From: Candidatus Binatia bacterium
Lineage (GTDB): Bacteria > Desulfobacterota > Binatia > UBA9968 > CAXXLF01
Assembly (NCBI GenBank): GCA_963664015.2
Contig: CAXXLF010000002.1
Location: 160,001 to 224,000 of the forward strand
Direction: 5' to 3'
Length of the DNA: 64,000 nt
Below the pieces are notes generated by a model that did not search any database, was not told where the DNA came from, and saw only the letters and a program-made list of their open reading frames with translations. Positions 40,870-51,238 of the stretch are shown one piece after another; positions within the stretch are counted from its first letter, which is position 1; the number at the start of each line of letters is the position of its first letter. The position numbers and the translations under genes are program-made.

Positions 40870-42138
40870 ATGCTCAGTTCCCTTCGTTATCGCAATTTCA
40901 GACTCCTCTGGATTGGAACCGGCCTATCCCATACTGGCGACTTCATGCAGGTCATGGCCCAGGGTTGGCTGGTCTGGCAATTAACCGACTCCGCCCTTCT
41001 TCTTGGAATTGTGGGTTTCTGCCAGGCGCTACCTCGCCTTCTATTGAGCGCCCTTGGAGGGGTGCTGGTTGACCGCACGGACCGGCGCCGGCTTCTCTTG
41101 GTAACCCAGAGTCTGGCCATGGCCCAATCATTCATATTCTGGGCGTTGGTCTACTTCGACCTTATTCAATATTGGCAGATTCTCGTCCTGGTCGTGTTTC
41201 TGGGAATCGTAAACTCGATTCATCAGACGGCACGTCATTCCCTTATCCGCCACATCATTCCTCGCGAGCAGATCGTGAACGCGGTGGCGTTGCATTCGTC
41301 CTTAGCCAACTTCACCAAGATCGTTGGACCCTCCCTGGCCGGGATATTAATCAGCACCATTGGTGTCTCCGGGTGCCTTTTTATCAACGCCCTAAGTTTT
41401 TCAGCAATCATTGTCTCACTGTCGATGATGGATCTGCCGCACTGGCAAAAGGAAGAGCGCCCCGACGGTTTTTGGTCTGAGTTCGGCGAGGGGTTTGAGT
41501 ACATACGGTCCAACCATCGTGTCTATGCCGCCTTGTTGATGGCTTATATCCTCGCCCTGCTGGGCTCCCCTTACTCTCGTTTCCTACCCATATTCGCAAC
41601 GGATATTCTTAATGTTGGCGCCACAGGATTTGGCTTGCTCATGTCGGCACCGGCCCTGGGTGCGGTGGTCGCCGGCCTCTGCCTCGCCTCCCTAGAAAAA
41701 CTACACATGCGGAACTACATTCTATTTGCATGTGTTATCATATTTTCACTGTTCCTCATCCTTTTTGCCCTGTCACGTTCGATGGTTATTTCCTTGGCCT
41801 GTCTGACCCTTGTAGGAGCCAGTCAGATGAGCTTCCGCTCTATGCTAAACGCAAGGCTTCAGATGGATACCCCGCCGCAGCTGCTGGGAAGAGTTCTGAG
41901 CCTGATGTTCATGGATCGAGGTCTCTGGTCCTTTGGGACGGTTCTCATTGGTAGTCTGGCGACTCTTATGGGAACGTCAATGGCCATCGTACTTTGCGGA
42001 TCGTGCTGTGCGGTAATGGGGTCGTTGTTTATGTATTCTGGGTCGATGCGGTCCAGAGCTCGGGCAAGTCTGAATTCCGAAGTCCCAGGTTATCTTCCAG
42101 GTCGTCCGAGGGAGGGCGGAATCAAAGGGGACAAATAG
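40870..42138 (+). CDS. MFS transporter (MFS_3/DUF894-like)
   Basis: YRNFRLLW, GGVLVDRTDRRR, LLGRVLS; 12 TM segments. Confidence 0.9.
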   Translation: MLSSLRYRNFRLLWIGTGLSHTGDFMQVMAQGWLVWQLTDSALLLGIVGFCQALPRLLLSALGGVLVDRTDRRRLLLVTQSLAMAQSFIFWALVYFDLIQYWQILVLVVFLGIVNSIHQTARHSLIRHIIPREQIVNAVALHSSLANFTKIVGPSLAGILISTIGVSGCLFINALSFSAIIVSLSMMDLPHWQKEERPDGFWSEFGEGFEYIRSNHRVYAALLMAYILALLGSPYSRFLPIFATDILNVGATGFGLLMSAPALGAVVAGLCLASLEKLHMRNYILFACVIIFSLFLILFALSRSMVISLACLTLVGASQMSFRSMLNARLQMDTPPQLLGRVLSLMFMDRGLWSFGTVLIGSLATLMGTSMAIVLCGSCCAVMGSLFMYSGSMRSRARASLNSEVPGYLPGRPREGGIKGDK

Positions 42139-42141
42139 TCT

Positions 42142-43314
42142 TCAAGGGATAACGCTTTGATCCGATAATCCGGCGGGGGTGGTCCATTTCTTCAGGGGAC
42201 GTGCTTCGGCCAAGGCCTGAAGCTCCCGTTCCCAGATCTTTCGCAACAGAAAGGTTCCCACATCCGACCGCCCTAGGCATTCGCTCGAGCGGTCCGCAAC
42301 GGCCCCTTGCCCAACCTGTACCGCATAGTCTTCCGCAAGGAAGAGCTGATACATGTTGGTTTTCTGATCGATCTCCTTTAACTCCATTTTGCCTTTCAGC
42401 ACATCGTCGCCCAGATCCTTGTGAGACCTGACCATGGAAGAAAAGGTCGACCGAGCCTGAAGACGCCGTTCTTGAAAATCCGTGGCTGCCGGTCCCTGCA
42501 GCGGTATCCAATCAGTGGAGTAACTCACCGAGTGGTTGTCATCAACGGGTACCCTCCAGAAAAGCCGGTCTGACCACAGGGAACCTGCGTCTTCTAGAGC
42601 CCCCTCGATCATCACCTGGATTCGTACCTGATTGATATTGGGCATATGAAAATTGAGGTAAATCACTGGTTTACCAGGGACATTGATGGCCGTCTTGATC
42701 CCGTATTCAGTCTCTTCGGCAGAGATCTGCCGTACGGCCAACTGGTCAGGCCTGCCCGACCGGACGATAGAATCCCGGTGGGTGAAGATGACATGTCCCG
42801 CATCGCAGGCGTTGTCGATCCGGTTGAAGTAATTGCATGGCCAGTCCTCGACTGTGCCCGCATCGACAATGCCGGGTCTTTCAAAGTCCGGGAAACGCCG
42901 TAACGGAGGAGGCTCCCCTTCGCCCAGATAGGCAAATATGAGATCGAGGTACTCCTGGGTCGGATAGCTCTGTATTCGCACTTTACTTGAAGAGGACTCT
43001 TCTTCGCCGGGCTGTTCCACGCACTGCCCCGATGACTCGTATCGCCACCCGTGATACCGGCATCGAATCGAGTCCCCTTCTACCCAGCCCGTGGAAAGCT
43101 GGGTCCCACGGTGAGCACAGCGGAACGATACCACATGGGGTAGACCTGTATCGCCTCGATAAAGAGTCAGGTTCTCTCCCATGATGCGGATAGGAACGGC
43201 TCGTCCCCGCTCCAGGTCCTTGACCCGGTAGACCGGCTGCCAGAACATCCTCAAATAACGACCGGCCATCGTATCGGGTCCGGTCTTAACAAAATCAACA
43301 GCTGGAGTACTCAT
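42142..43314 (-). CDS. Rieske aromatic oxygenase alpha subunit (phthalate dioxygenase-like family)
   Basis: TGPDTMAGRYLRMFWQPV, RCAHRG...CRYHGW, DNACDAGHVIFTH, AEDYAVQVGQG. Confidence 0.92.
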   Translation of the reverse strand: MSTPAVDFVKTGPDTMAGRYLRMFWQPVYRVKDLERGRAVPIRIMGENLTLYRGDTGLPHVVSFRCAHRGTQLSTGWVEGDSIRCRYHGWRYESSGQCVEQPGEEESSSSKVRIQSYPTQEYLDLIFAYLGEGEPPPLRRFPDFERPGIVDAGTVEDWPCNYFNRIDNACDAGHVIFTHRDSIVRSGRPDQLAVRQISAEETEYGIKTAINVPGKPVIYLNFHMPNINQVRIQVMIEGALEDAGSLWSDRLFWRVPVDDNHSVSYSTDWIPLQGPAATDFQERRLQARSTFSSMVRSHKDLGDDVLKGKMELKEIDQKTNMYQLFLAEDYAVQVGQGAVADRSSECLGRSDVGTFLLRKIWERELQALAEARPLKKWTTPAGLSDQSVIP

Positions 43315-43439
43315 TATCGTGCCCTATCTATGGTCACGCTTTATGCTTTGGAATCGTGGTTGGATATTCGAAGCAGTTCAGCGACATCGCAAATTCATGT
43401 ATAACGTATGGTTACTGCTTATATCTAACTAATGTTACT

Positions 43440-44273
43440 CTATTTATTTCTATCTTGTACGGCCAGTAGCCGAAGGCCGGCTGCGACCAGCTGCTCGGTT
43501 ATTGGAATATCAACGCCGTACTTTTTCCCCAATTGAGCCGCCAACGGTAGATCCTTGTCGTAAAGATTCATCCCTACTTTCGGGGTTGAACCTTTTCCTG
43601 ATGGGTCGAACCTATTCTCCCATTCCGTGATCATGCTCCCCGTATAAACCCGCTTCATCATTTCAAGGGCGTCGCAATACTTGATGCCGCAGGCCTCGCC
43701 AATCTTGATAGCCTCGTGAACGATGAGGGTTTCGGATCCGGTCAACAAGTTCTTGATGAGTTTTGCTGCATTCCCCGCACCTAGCGGTCCCATATGCATC
43801 ACGGCCTTACCCATTGCGAGCAGATGGGGACGAGCGCGGTCCACCAACTCAACCGCTCCCCCGGCCAGAAAGGTGACCTCCCCTTTCTGTACCACTCGGG
43901 GAACACCAACCATGCAAGCATCAATGACCTCGACTCCCTTGTCACGGGCCGCCTCGGCTACTTTTTTGGTCGTCGTTGGTAAAATCGTACTGTGAAGCAA
44001 GACAAGGGTTCCCTTCTTTGCACCCTTCAAGATACCGGACTCGCCTAAGGTGCAGTCCAGAATTTCATCGTCGGTCCGCACCACCACATCGATAATTGAG
44101 GCGCTTTCGGCAACGGCAGCGGCCGAAGGCGCTGGCACTGCACCCATCCCGCGAGCTTTCTCGAGAGCCGGTTGGGCCGAATCGTACACGGTGACCTGCA
44201 AATTGGCCAACCGCAGGCGACCCAAAAGCGAACTGCCCATTGCACCGACGCCTACCATTCCGAGCTGTGTCAT
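43440..44273 (-). CDS. NAD(P)-dependent beta-hydroxyacid dehydrogenase family protein
   Basis: GVGAMG, HSTILP, GAGNAAKLIKN, KDL. Confidence 0.88.
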   Translation of the reverse strand: MTQLGMVGVGAMGSSLLGRLRLANLQVTVYDSAQPALEKARGMGAVPAPSAAAVAESASIIDVVVRTDDEILDCTLGESGILKGAKKGTLVLLHSTILPTTTKKVAEAARDKGVEVIDACMVGVPRVVQKGEVTFLAGGAVELVDRARPHLLAMGKAVMHMGPLGAGNAAKLIKNLLTGSETLIVHEAIKIGEACGIKYCDALEMMKRVYTGSMITEWENRFDPSGKGSTPKVGMNLYDKDLPLAAQLGKKYGVDIPITEQLVAAGLRLLAVQDRNK

Positions 44274-44367
44274 CTGTGCCTCCCCTTGGATTGTTCTCTA
44301 GATCCGGTTATTTGAAATAATCCTGGCTGCATGGTGTCTTTTGGAAGAAAAATCCAGCTTCTCTGAT

Positions 44368-45297
44368 TCACCGTTTCATCCCGCCAATCAGTTGATCGAT
44401 AAACCCCTCGTCATCAAGCCGCTTGACCCAATAGAGATCCCAGGGTGCCAGGGGGTTTTTCAAAGCCTTGCCCGCGGGCCATTCATCGGTGGAGATCTCG
44501 TGAGTATTGATAATCGCATCCGACGTGGGATAGGGTTTAACCTGCAATTTTTCGGTCATGGAGTCAACCTGCCGCTCCAGTTCCTTCCTATCCTGGATCT
44601 TCATCAGCCTCATGGGTTCCTGTGCGGCGATTTCTATGGCCTCCTCCCGCCGGAATTTTAACAGGCAGAGGGCATGGATGACAGATCTCACGTAGCTCCC
44701 CAGGACCTCGTGCTTTTTTAGGGCGAAAACGGCGGTACAGGCCTGCGCGAAATGACCGATGGATGGGAGTTCGGGCGTAGGCAAGACCTTCAAGCCTGCC
44801 TCCAGCGCGTCGGGTAGATAAATCGAATCCATGTAGGTCGCGATGCATTCACCGCTGACGACTTTTTTCCACTGTCCCCAGCGGCCCACCTCATCATCGG
44901 TGACAATGACCCTTTCAACGTCATTTTCCAGCCCGATCATTTTGAGCCTGAGAAAGATCGTATAGGGCCTACCGGAAGATCTGACGGCTATCTTTTTACC
45001 CTTGAGATCATCAATGCTCGAGACATGGGGGGGGACCACCAGGTTCGCGGCACTTGTGATGACGGGAGCACAGAACATGGTGACCTTTTTACCCTGGGCC
45101 GCCTCACCAAAGAGATAGTCCAGACGCTCGATAATGATGTCGGCCATGTTGTCGAAGATGGCCGCTTCATAGTCGCCGGCGCCGCGTATCTGCAACACCT
45201 TGACGTCCAGGTTGTAATGCCGGCGGGCCATTTTCTTGATACAATAGATCACCGGAGTCCGGTCGTTGTCTCGGTAAGCAAGTCTTACTTCTTCCAT
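44368..45297 (-). CDS. PBP2-fold (NMT1/SsuA-like) protein lacking a signal peptide
   Basis: SIDDLKGKKIAV, C-terminal KPYP...LDDEGFIDQL; no hydrophobic N-terminus; GGAG RBS. Confidence 0.75.
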   Translation of the reverse strand: MEEVRLAYRDNDRTPVIYCIKKMARRHYNLDVKVLQIRGAGDYEAAIFDNMADIIIERLDYLFGEAAQGKKVTMFCAPVITSAANLVVPPHVSSIDDLKGKKIAVRSSGRPYTIFLRLKMIGLENDVERVIVTDDEVGRWGQWKKVVSGECIATYMDSIYLPDALEAGLKVLPTPELPSIGHFAQACTAVFALKKHEVLGSYVRSVIHALCLLKFRREEAIEIAAQEPMRLMKIQDRKELERQVDSMTEKLQVKPYPTSDAIINTHEISTDEWPAGKALKNPLAPWDLYWVKRLDDEGFIDQLIGGMKR

Positions 45298-45356
45298 GAA
45301 TCGGTCTCCCCTCGCCTAGAGTGTAACCAGTCAAAGCATTTGAAAGTTAAAGATGA

Positions 45357-45426
45357 CTCGCCCCGTGGAATATTACCCCGGCTCGAGACAATCCAACTCG
45401 GTTGAGCTGTTACTCCACGGGGCGAT
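45357..45426. repeat. small inverted-repeat element, copy 2
   Basis: GCCCCGTGGAATA (45360-45372), 38-nt spacer, TACTCCACGGGGC (45411-45423). Confidence 0.8.
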
Positions 45427-45471
45427 AAACTTTGTTGAAGTCGTTCTGTTGATCATATCAAAGATAAGAAT

Positions 45472-46668
45472 CTAGGCCCGTAATCTCGGACATATCCGCA
45501 GCGCGTTTCCGCCGAGAATCTTAGCCTTGGCCTTTTCTGACAATCCCGGTAGATCGACGATTTGCTCCACGCCCTTGGGCCATTGAGTTCCCTTATGCGG
45601 ATAGTCCGTAGCAAATAACCAAATATCCTCCCCCATGCTCTCCACACTCTGTTGAATACTACTCTCCCAGGTATCCAGTGCATGTGCATAACGGCCGTCA
45701 GTTACGACCTCCCGGGGCAGACGGTTCAGATGGGGGACATGATCGGGAGAGGCAAGATAGTGGGAATCCAAACGGTCGACGATGACCGAGACCCAACCCC
45801 CACTGGTTTCTATGACGGCAGCGCGGAGTTTTGGAAAGAGATCAAAGATTCCACCACCCACCAGGGCCGCCATGGCAGTCATCCCGGCCCAGGGATTCAA
45901 AAGGCTCTGAATCATGAACCACGCACCGTCCATTTCAAAGGTCCCGGGGGTGTAGGGAGGCCGTCCTGTCCCTGGGTGAACCAGGAGAGGCAGATCCAGG
46001 TCCTGGGCCACTTGATAAATGGGATGATAATCAAGATTATCAAGGAGTTTTCCCTCAGGGCCGACCTGGGGCAGGTAGATCCCGATCATATTCATGTCGC
46101 GGTCAGCCCAATGTTTAATTTCCGCTACCCCCGCCTCAATATCGCGCATATTAATTGCGAGAGTCCACTTGAGCCGACCGTTACCCTGCGAGCAGAAGTC
46201 GGACACCCAACTGTTATAGGCGCGGTAAAGGGCCGTTTCGAACCCCACATCCCTAAGGGCGCAGTAACTCGATACATGGGTCGCATAGATTACGTTGATA
46301 TCCGTTGACGCCTGGTCCATATCTTCCAGTCGTGCCTTGGCATCCCAGCTGACTTCCGGCCGAATGAGCTGGGTTTGCCGAGAACTGCTCTTTTCTTTGA
46401 TAATCCTCTTGCCGGAACCCCGTTGACGGCTCAAGCCGAATGAATCACGGACTCCGAGAGCCCGGCCAGCCTCAAAGGGCTCAATAACCGCGTGACGTGT
46501 ACCAAATAGCGAGTAACTTAGCCCCGCCTCCGCCTGTTTTTCAATAGCCGAGCACAACTGTTGATAGGGCTCTTGATAGGCCAAAGGGATATATTCCCCA
46601 TACATACGGTCCGGTCGTTCATAAACATGAGTATCCATATCGATCACTTTATGGCCGTTCCAACTCAT
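45472..46668 (-). CDS. amidohydrolase_2 family protein (decarboxylase/hydrolase)
   Basis: IDMDTHVYE, LLVHPG, ETSGGW, FATDYPH, ILGGNA. Confidence 0.88.
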   Translation of the reverse strand: MSWNGHKVIDMDTHVYERPDRMYGEYIPLAYQEPYQQLCSAIEKQAEAGLSYSLFGTRHAVIEPFEAGRALGVRDSFGLSRQRGSGKRIIKEKSSSRQTQLIRPEVSWDAKARLEDMDQASTDINVIYATHVSSYCALRDVGFETALYRAYNSWVSDFCSQGNGRLKWTLAINMRDIEAGVAEIKHWADRDMNMIGIYLPQVGPEGKLLDNLDYHPIYQVAQDLDLPLLVHPGTGRPPYTPGTFEMDGAWFMIQSLLNPWAGMTAMAALVGGGIFDLFPKLRAAVIETSGGWVSVIVDRLDSHYLASPDHVPHLNRLPREVVTDGRYAHALDTWESSIQQSVESMGEDIWLFATDYPHKGTQWPKGVEQIVDLPGLSEKAKAKILGGNALRICPRLRA

Positions 46669-46831
46669 AAATGCCTCGCTTTCTAACTAAACGGATTACG
46701 ATGCTCGCAGCATATATGACACAGGGGCTTGAGATGCGTTATCTTTGCTATCTTAAGGAGAACAGGTTGTCAAATATTGGAGCAGATTAGGCAGGTTAAA
46801 CTAGTGACACTGGAGCGCGGTAAGAGTAACG

Positions 46832-48319
46832 TTAACCTTCAAACACAAGGCTCTTGACCACGACCGGGACATAGGAATCGGGGCCTGTGGGACTGCCGAT
46901 ATCAATAAAATCCAACTCGGATAGCGAAATCTCATCGATGGACAAAATCTTGAGGTCATCTCCCAGCGATTCTCCAACCACTCGACCAATATTTTGATCA
47001 AAGACCAATGCCCGGGGACGGTTCTCTGGGTCCACCGACTCCAATGCTCCCCGAAGCCCCTTGGCCAGTTCCAGGGCCGTACCGTATCCTATAAATGGCG
47101 GTGACAGGACGGCAAGGGCGAAGGGCTCCCCTTTGACCACTGGATCCATGCCTTGGATTGTATTTAATATGACTCTCTCCGCTTTTTCCGAAATCGCTTT
47201 CCCCCATTCCACCGACACCACGACGACACGGAGATTCCTGAACGGGAGCACACTGGGATCCGGGATGTGAATGGTCTCGCCGCTTAACTGCAAGGAATAC
47301 TGGGACGCACCAATAACCGTGGCTCGGAGTCCTTCAGTGCCGTCAAGGATCCTCAGGCCAACCCGTTCTGCCCGTGCCTTTATTTGCAGACCCAAGTAAG
47401 GCCCCAGATCGCCATAGTTAGTTTGCTCACGGCCATAGATATACTCGGAGACACCCCCGGAAAAGACGACGCCATCGATCCCGGCGAGTTGCGGCGAGAC
47501 CTCAAAGGGAGAGACTACGAGTTCGTCTGCCGGCTTTTCCCCCCCGAGGATCTCAAATAAGACATCGGACATCTTCTTAGATACCAGTTCGCAGATGTCC
47601 GTATCTATTGCCTCTCCAACCCGATGGGGCTTGCCTACCTGTTCCAAAAAATATCGTCCGGTTTCTTCCAGGCGTTTAAGGACACCGTCTTCATAGGCGA
47701 TCACCCGCGCACCTATATTAAAAATTCCGCCATCCACTAACCTGCCGTTTTTGATCAGTCCGATCTTGGTGGTCCCGCCTCCAACATCGATATTGAGCAG
47801 GGTTAATCCCCTCTCCCGACTCACGAGAACGGCGCCAGACCCATGGGCCGCCAGCAGCAATTCCAATCGGGGGCCCGCGGTGGCACAGACAAATCGACCG
47901 GACTCGTCCGAGAACAGGTCAACGATAGCCCGAGCGTTACTTCTTCGGGCCGCCTCACCGGTAATGATCACTGCGCCGGTATCAACCTCACTGGGCTTCA
48001 AATCGGCCTGATCGAAGGCCCTCTTGATCAGATCCTGTAATGGCTGTGTCTCAATAGTCCAGTCCTGAGTGAACGGCGTGAGCAGGACGGTTGATCGACT
48101 AAGCACGCTACGCTCGAGGACCTCGGGACGGCGAGTATGAAGGGACGGATACCCGATCCGTATACGGGAGAACATCAAATGAGAGGTCGAAGAACCGATA
48201 TCAATCCCGACGCTCGTCAGGTTTCCCAGATTAACCCCTTGCAACTCATCATGGTCATGGGAATGGCCATGGGAGCCTTCATGGGAGTGGGAATGTTGGT
48301 CGTGCTTGTGCTCAGCCAT
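46832..48319 (-). CDS. EutA-like reactivase ATPase (ASKHA fold) with His-rich N-terminus
   Basis: SVGIDIGSSTSHL, TGAVIITGE, FVCATAG, LNIDVGGGTTK, FSGGVSE, RATVIGASQ, LDFIDIG, VPVVVKSLVF. Confidence 0.85.
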   Translation of the reverse strand: MAEHKHDQHSHSHEGSHGHSHDHDELQGVNLGNLTSVGIDIGSSTSHLMFSRIRIGYPSLHTRRPEVLERSVLSRSTVLLTPFTQDWTIETQPLQDLIKRAFDQADLKPSEVDTGAVIITGEAARRSNARAIVDLFSDESGRFVCATAGPRLELLLAAHGSGAVLVSRERGLTLLNIDVGGGTTKIGLIKNGRLVDGGIFNIGARVIAYEDGVLKRLEETGRYFLEQVGKPHRVGEAIDTDICELVSKKMSDVLFEILGGEKPADELVVSPFEVSPQLAGIDGVVFSGGVSEYIYGREQTNYGDLGPYLGLQIKARAERVGLRILDGTEGLRATVIGASQYSLQLSGETIHIPDPSVLPFRNLRVVVVSVEWGKAISEKAERVILNTIQGMDPVVKGEPFALAVLSPPFIGYGTALELAKGLRGALESVDPENRPRALVFDQNIGRVVGESLGDDLKILSIDEISLSELDFIDIGSPTGPDSYVPVVVKSLVFEG

Positions 48320-48376
48320 GGGCTGTTCTCACCTCAATTATGCAAATATTGAGCTGGCTTGGAAGGGCTCAGCCGA

Positions 48377-49348
48377 TCACAACTCGTGGCAGGCAGCGTA
48401 GTGTTGGGGGCGTTTATCTTCCAGAAGGGGCTCTTCTCCCTTGCAACGCTCAACCCGAATCGGGCAACGGGGCTCAAACCGGCAGCCCAAAGATGGGTTA
48501 ATGGGGAGAGCAACCTCGCCCCAGAGAATCTCTTGCTTTGTTATGTCGGCGTTGGGATCGATGATAGGGTTCGAGGCAATCAATCCCTTGGTATAGGGAT
48601 GGAGCCTATGGGTGAACAGTTCTGAGGTTGCGGCGATTTCTACCATTTTACCAGCGTACATGACGGCTACCACATCCGCCATGTACTCCACGACGTTGAG
48701 GTCATGAGAGATGAAGAGGAGTGTCAGGTTGAGCTCCCGTTGAAGCCTCTTGAACAGGTTGAGAACCTGGGCCTGAACCGAGACATCGAGGGAAGATACG
48801 GGTTCATCGGCGATGATCAGTTTGGGCTGGGGCGCCAGGGCCCGCGCAATACCGATTCGCTGGCGCTGCCCGCCACTGAATTCATGGGGATAACGATTCA
48901 TCTGATCCGGCTGGAGCCCAACAAGCTCCAGCAACTCGCCCACCGCGAGGGCTTTTTTCCTACCACTCAACCCGCGATAGAGCGTCAGGGGGCGGCCCAC
49001 AATGTCTAAGATACTCATCCGGGGATTTAGCGAGGCATAGGGGTCTTGGAAAACCATCTGGATATGTCGCCTGAGGTCACGGACCTCCCTTTTGGGAAGA
49101 GTGAGGATGTTCTGCCCCTGAAAGAAGACTTCGCCTCCGGTCGCTGGAACCAGCCGAGTAATGAGGCGGGCGGTGGTGGACTTGCCGCAACCACTTTCAC
49201 CCACCAGGCCGAACAGGGCCCCTTCTTCAATGGAAAAACTGACATGGTCGACTGCTTTTAAGATGCGTTCGCCATATATTAATCCTGTGACAAATCCTGA
49301 ATTGAGATCAAAATACTTGGTAAGATTACGAATTTCTAAAAGTTTCAT
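48377..49348 (-). CDS. oligopeptide/dipeptide-type ABC ATPase (DppF/OppF-like)
   Basis: GESGCGKS, FSGGQRQR, DEPVSSLD, Cys-rich C-terminus; start at 49348 overlaps the upstream stop. Confidence 0.92.
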   Translation of the reverse strand: MKLLEIRNLTKYFDLNSGFVTGLIYGERILKAVDHVSFSIEEGALFGLVGESGCGKSTTARLITRLVPATGGEVFFQGQNILTLPKREVRDLRRHIQMVFQDPYASLNPRMSILDIVGRPLTLYRGLSGRKKALAVGELLELVGLQPDQMNRYPHEFSGGQRQRIGIARALAPQPKLIIADEPVSSLDVSVQAQVLNLFKRLQRELNLTLLFISHDLNVVEYMADVVAVMYAGKMVEIAATSELFTHRLHPYTKGLIASNPIIDPNADITKQEILWGEVALPINPSLGCRFEPRCPIRVERCKGEEPLLEDKRPQHYAACHEL

Positions 49349-50331
49349 TACTTTTGGCCTCCGGGAAAATAACAGGCCACCGAACCGCTCGCTGACTTGG
49401 TTTCCAACTCTGGAGACTCGGTCTTGCAGATTTCTTTGGCTTTGTAGCAACGGGGGTGGAATTTGCAACCGGAAGGAGGATCTAGAAGATTGCAGATGGT
49501 CCCCGGTACCGCCGTTAGGGGTTTATCACGGTATTCAGGCCTGGGAATCGCCTGCATAAGCCCCTGGGTGTAGGGGTGGAGAGGATTGGTAAAGAGATTT
49601 TTCTTATCTGTCAACTCCACCAGGGATCCCGCATACATTACGCCGATACGGTTGCAGAGCGATGCAACAACGCCCAGATTATGGGAGATGAAGATGAGGG
49701 CCATCTTGAATTTTTCCTGTAGTTCTTTGAGCAATTCCAGGATCTGAGCCTGGATGGTTACATCCAGGGCCGTGGTCGGCTCGTCGGCGATCAAGACCCT
49801 TGGCTGGCATGCCAACGCCATCGCAATCATCACTCGTTGCCTCATCCCGCCGCTGAGTTCGTATGGGTAGCGATCTATCAGCGTCTTGGGTGATGGGACA
49901 CGGACCGAGCTAAGAACTTCCTCCGACCGTTCACGGGCCACCTTCCTCGAGTCTCCCATATGGATCCGATAACATTCGGAGATCTGGTTGCCGATGGTAA
50001 AAGAAGGGTTCAATGATGTCATCGGTTCCTGGAAGATCATCGAGATTTGACTTCCACGTATCTTTTGCATCTTTTTATCGCTCTTTTTAAGTAGGTCGGA
50101 GCCATCAAATATGATCTCCCCATTGGCGATGCGTCCTGGGGGAGACGGGATGAGGCTTAAGATGGAAAAGGCCGTGACACTTTTGCCAGAGCCCGTTTCC
50201 CCGACGATACCCAGGGTCTCACCTTCACGGAGAGAGAAGGAGACGTTATTGACGGCTCTCAGAATTCCCTGTTTGAGTTGGAATTCAACGGTGAGATTGC
50301 GGACGTCGAGAAGCGGTGTGTTAGAGTTCAT
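49348..50331 (-). CDS. oligopeptide/dipeptide-type ABC ATPase (DppD/OppD-like)
   Basis: [32 protein letters not shown]. Confidence 0.92.
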   Translation of the reverse strand: MNSNTPLLDVRNLTVEFQLKQGILRAVNNVSFSLREGETLGIVGETGSGKSVTAFSILSLIPSPPGRIANGEIIFDGSDLLKKSDKKMQKIRGSQISMIFQEPMTSLNPSFTIGNQISECYRIHMGDSRKVARERSEEVLSSVRVPSPKTLIDRYPYELSGGMRQRVMIAMALACQPRVLIADEPTTALDVTIQAQILELLKELQEKFKMALIFISHNLGVVASLCNRIGVMYAGSLVELTDKKNLFTNPLHPYTQGLMQAIPRPEYRDKPLTAVPGTICNLLDPPSGCKFHPRCYKAKEICKTESPELETKSASGSVACYFPGGQK

Positions 50332-50332
50332 A

Positions 50333-51235
50333 TTAACGATCGTATTGCCTCGGATCAAAGACGTCCCGGAGTCCATCTCCGAAGAGATTAAAACCTAGAA
50401 TCATGAAGGATATTGTCAATCCGGGGAAAAATGCAGCCCATGGTTGTAGCTCCAGAAAGGGACTGACCTCCTTTAACATAAGGCCCCAGCTGGGCGTAGG
50501 AGGCGGAAACCCCAGGCCAAGAAAACTCAGGGACGATTCGGTCAAGATGGCATTTGCAAAATCGAGGCTAAGGCGCACCAGCAGCGGTGGTAGACAGTTG
50601 GGCAGGATATGCCTGAACATGATCAAGCTGTCCGTTTCACCGGTCATGCGGGCGGCCTCCACGTATTCCTTTTCCTTCTGGGTCAGCACGGCGCCGCGCA
50701 CGATACGGGCGAAAGATGGTATAGAGCTCACACCAATAGCCAGATATAGCGAAAAAAGCCCCCCTCCAAGGGATGCCACCAGGGCGATGGCAAGGAGACG
50801 CCCGGGGAAGGCCAGGATGGAGTCCATCACCCGCATCAGCGACATGTCGACCCAGCCCCCAAAATAACCCGCAAACATACCAATGGGTATCCCTAGTAGC
50901 GCCCCCAGCATTACGGCTCCGATGGCAACCAGGAAGGCCGTCCGGGCGCCAAATATCATCCGGGTATAGGTGTCCCGACCCATGAAATCCGTCCCGAGCC
51001 AGTGAGGCCGGCTGGGACCCTGAAGCCGCTCGGAGATGTTGATCTCAAAAGGATCATGGGTAACCAGGAATGGGGCGAAGACCGCCGCAAAGAGCCCGAC
51101 GAGAATAATTACCAAACCTATCAAGGCGAGTCGATTGCGCGCAATGACCTGGAAGCCGGCGGTGAAACGCAAGGCTGCCAATCTCAAACCCGCGGGCGAG
51201 GAAGATCCATTATTCTGTAAAGAGACAGTTTCCAT
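50333..51235 (-). CDS. ABC permease (DppC/OppC-like)
   Basis: HWLGTDFMGRD, YVEAAR, HILPN, LSFLGLG. Confidence 0.92.
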   Translation of the reverse strand: METVSLQNNGSSSPAGLRLAALRFTAGFQVIARNRLALIGLVIILVGLFAAVFAPFLVTHDPFEINISERLQGPSRPHWLGTDFMGRDTYTRMIFGARTAFLVAIGAVMLGALLGIPIGMFAGYFGGWVDMSLMRVMDSILAFPGRLLAIALVASLGGGLFSLYLAIGVSSIPSFARIVRGAVLTQKEKEYVEAARMTGETDSLIMFRHILPNCLPPLLVRLSLDFANAILTESSLSFLGLGFPPPTPSWGLMLKEVSPFLELQPWAAFFPGLTISFMILGFNLFGDGLRDVFDPRQYDR

Positions 51236-51238
51236 TAA

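Noticed and set aside
8400-45426. The two 64-bp elements as CRISPR repeat-spacer units
   Set aside because: The arms are inverted rather than direct, the copies are isolated 37 kb apart, and no cas genes are present.
45652-46308. 218-aa plus-strand ORF and similar long antisense ORFs (for example 27194-27697, 58304-58804, 60571-61071)
   Set aside because: They are shadows fully antisense to well-supported genes.
46832-48319. Ethanolamine utilisation (eut) microcompartment locus
   Set aside because: No eutB, eutC or shell genes are present; the nearby acetaldehyde dehydrogenase is the MhpF type coupled to the aldolase.
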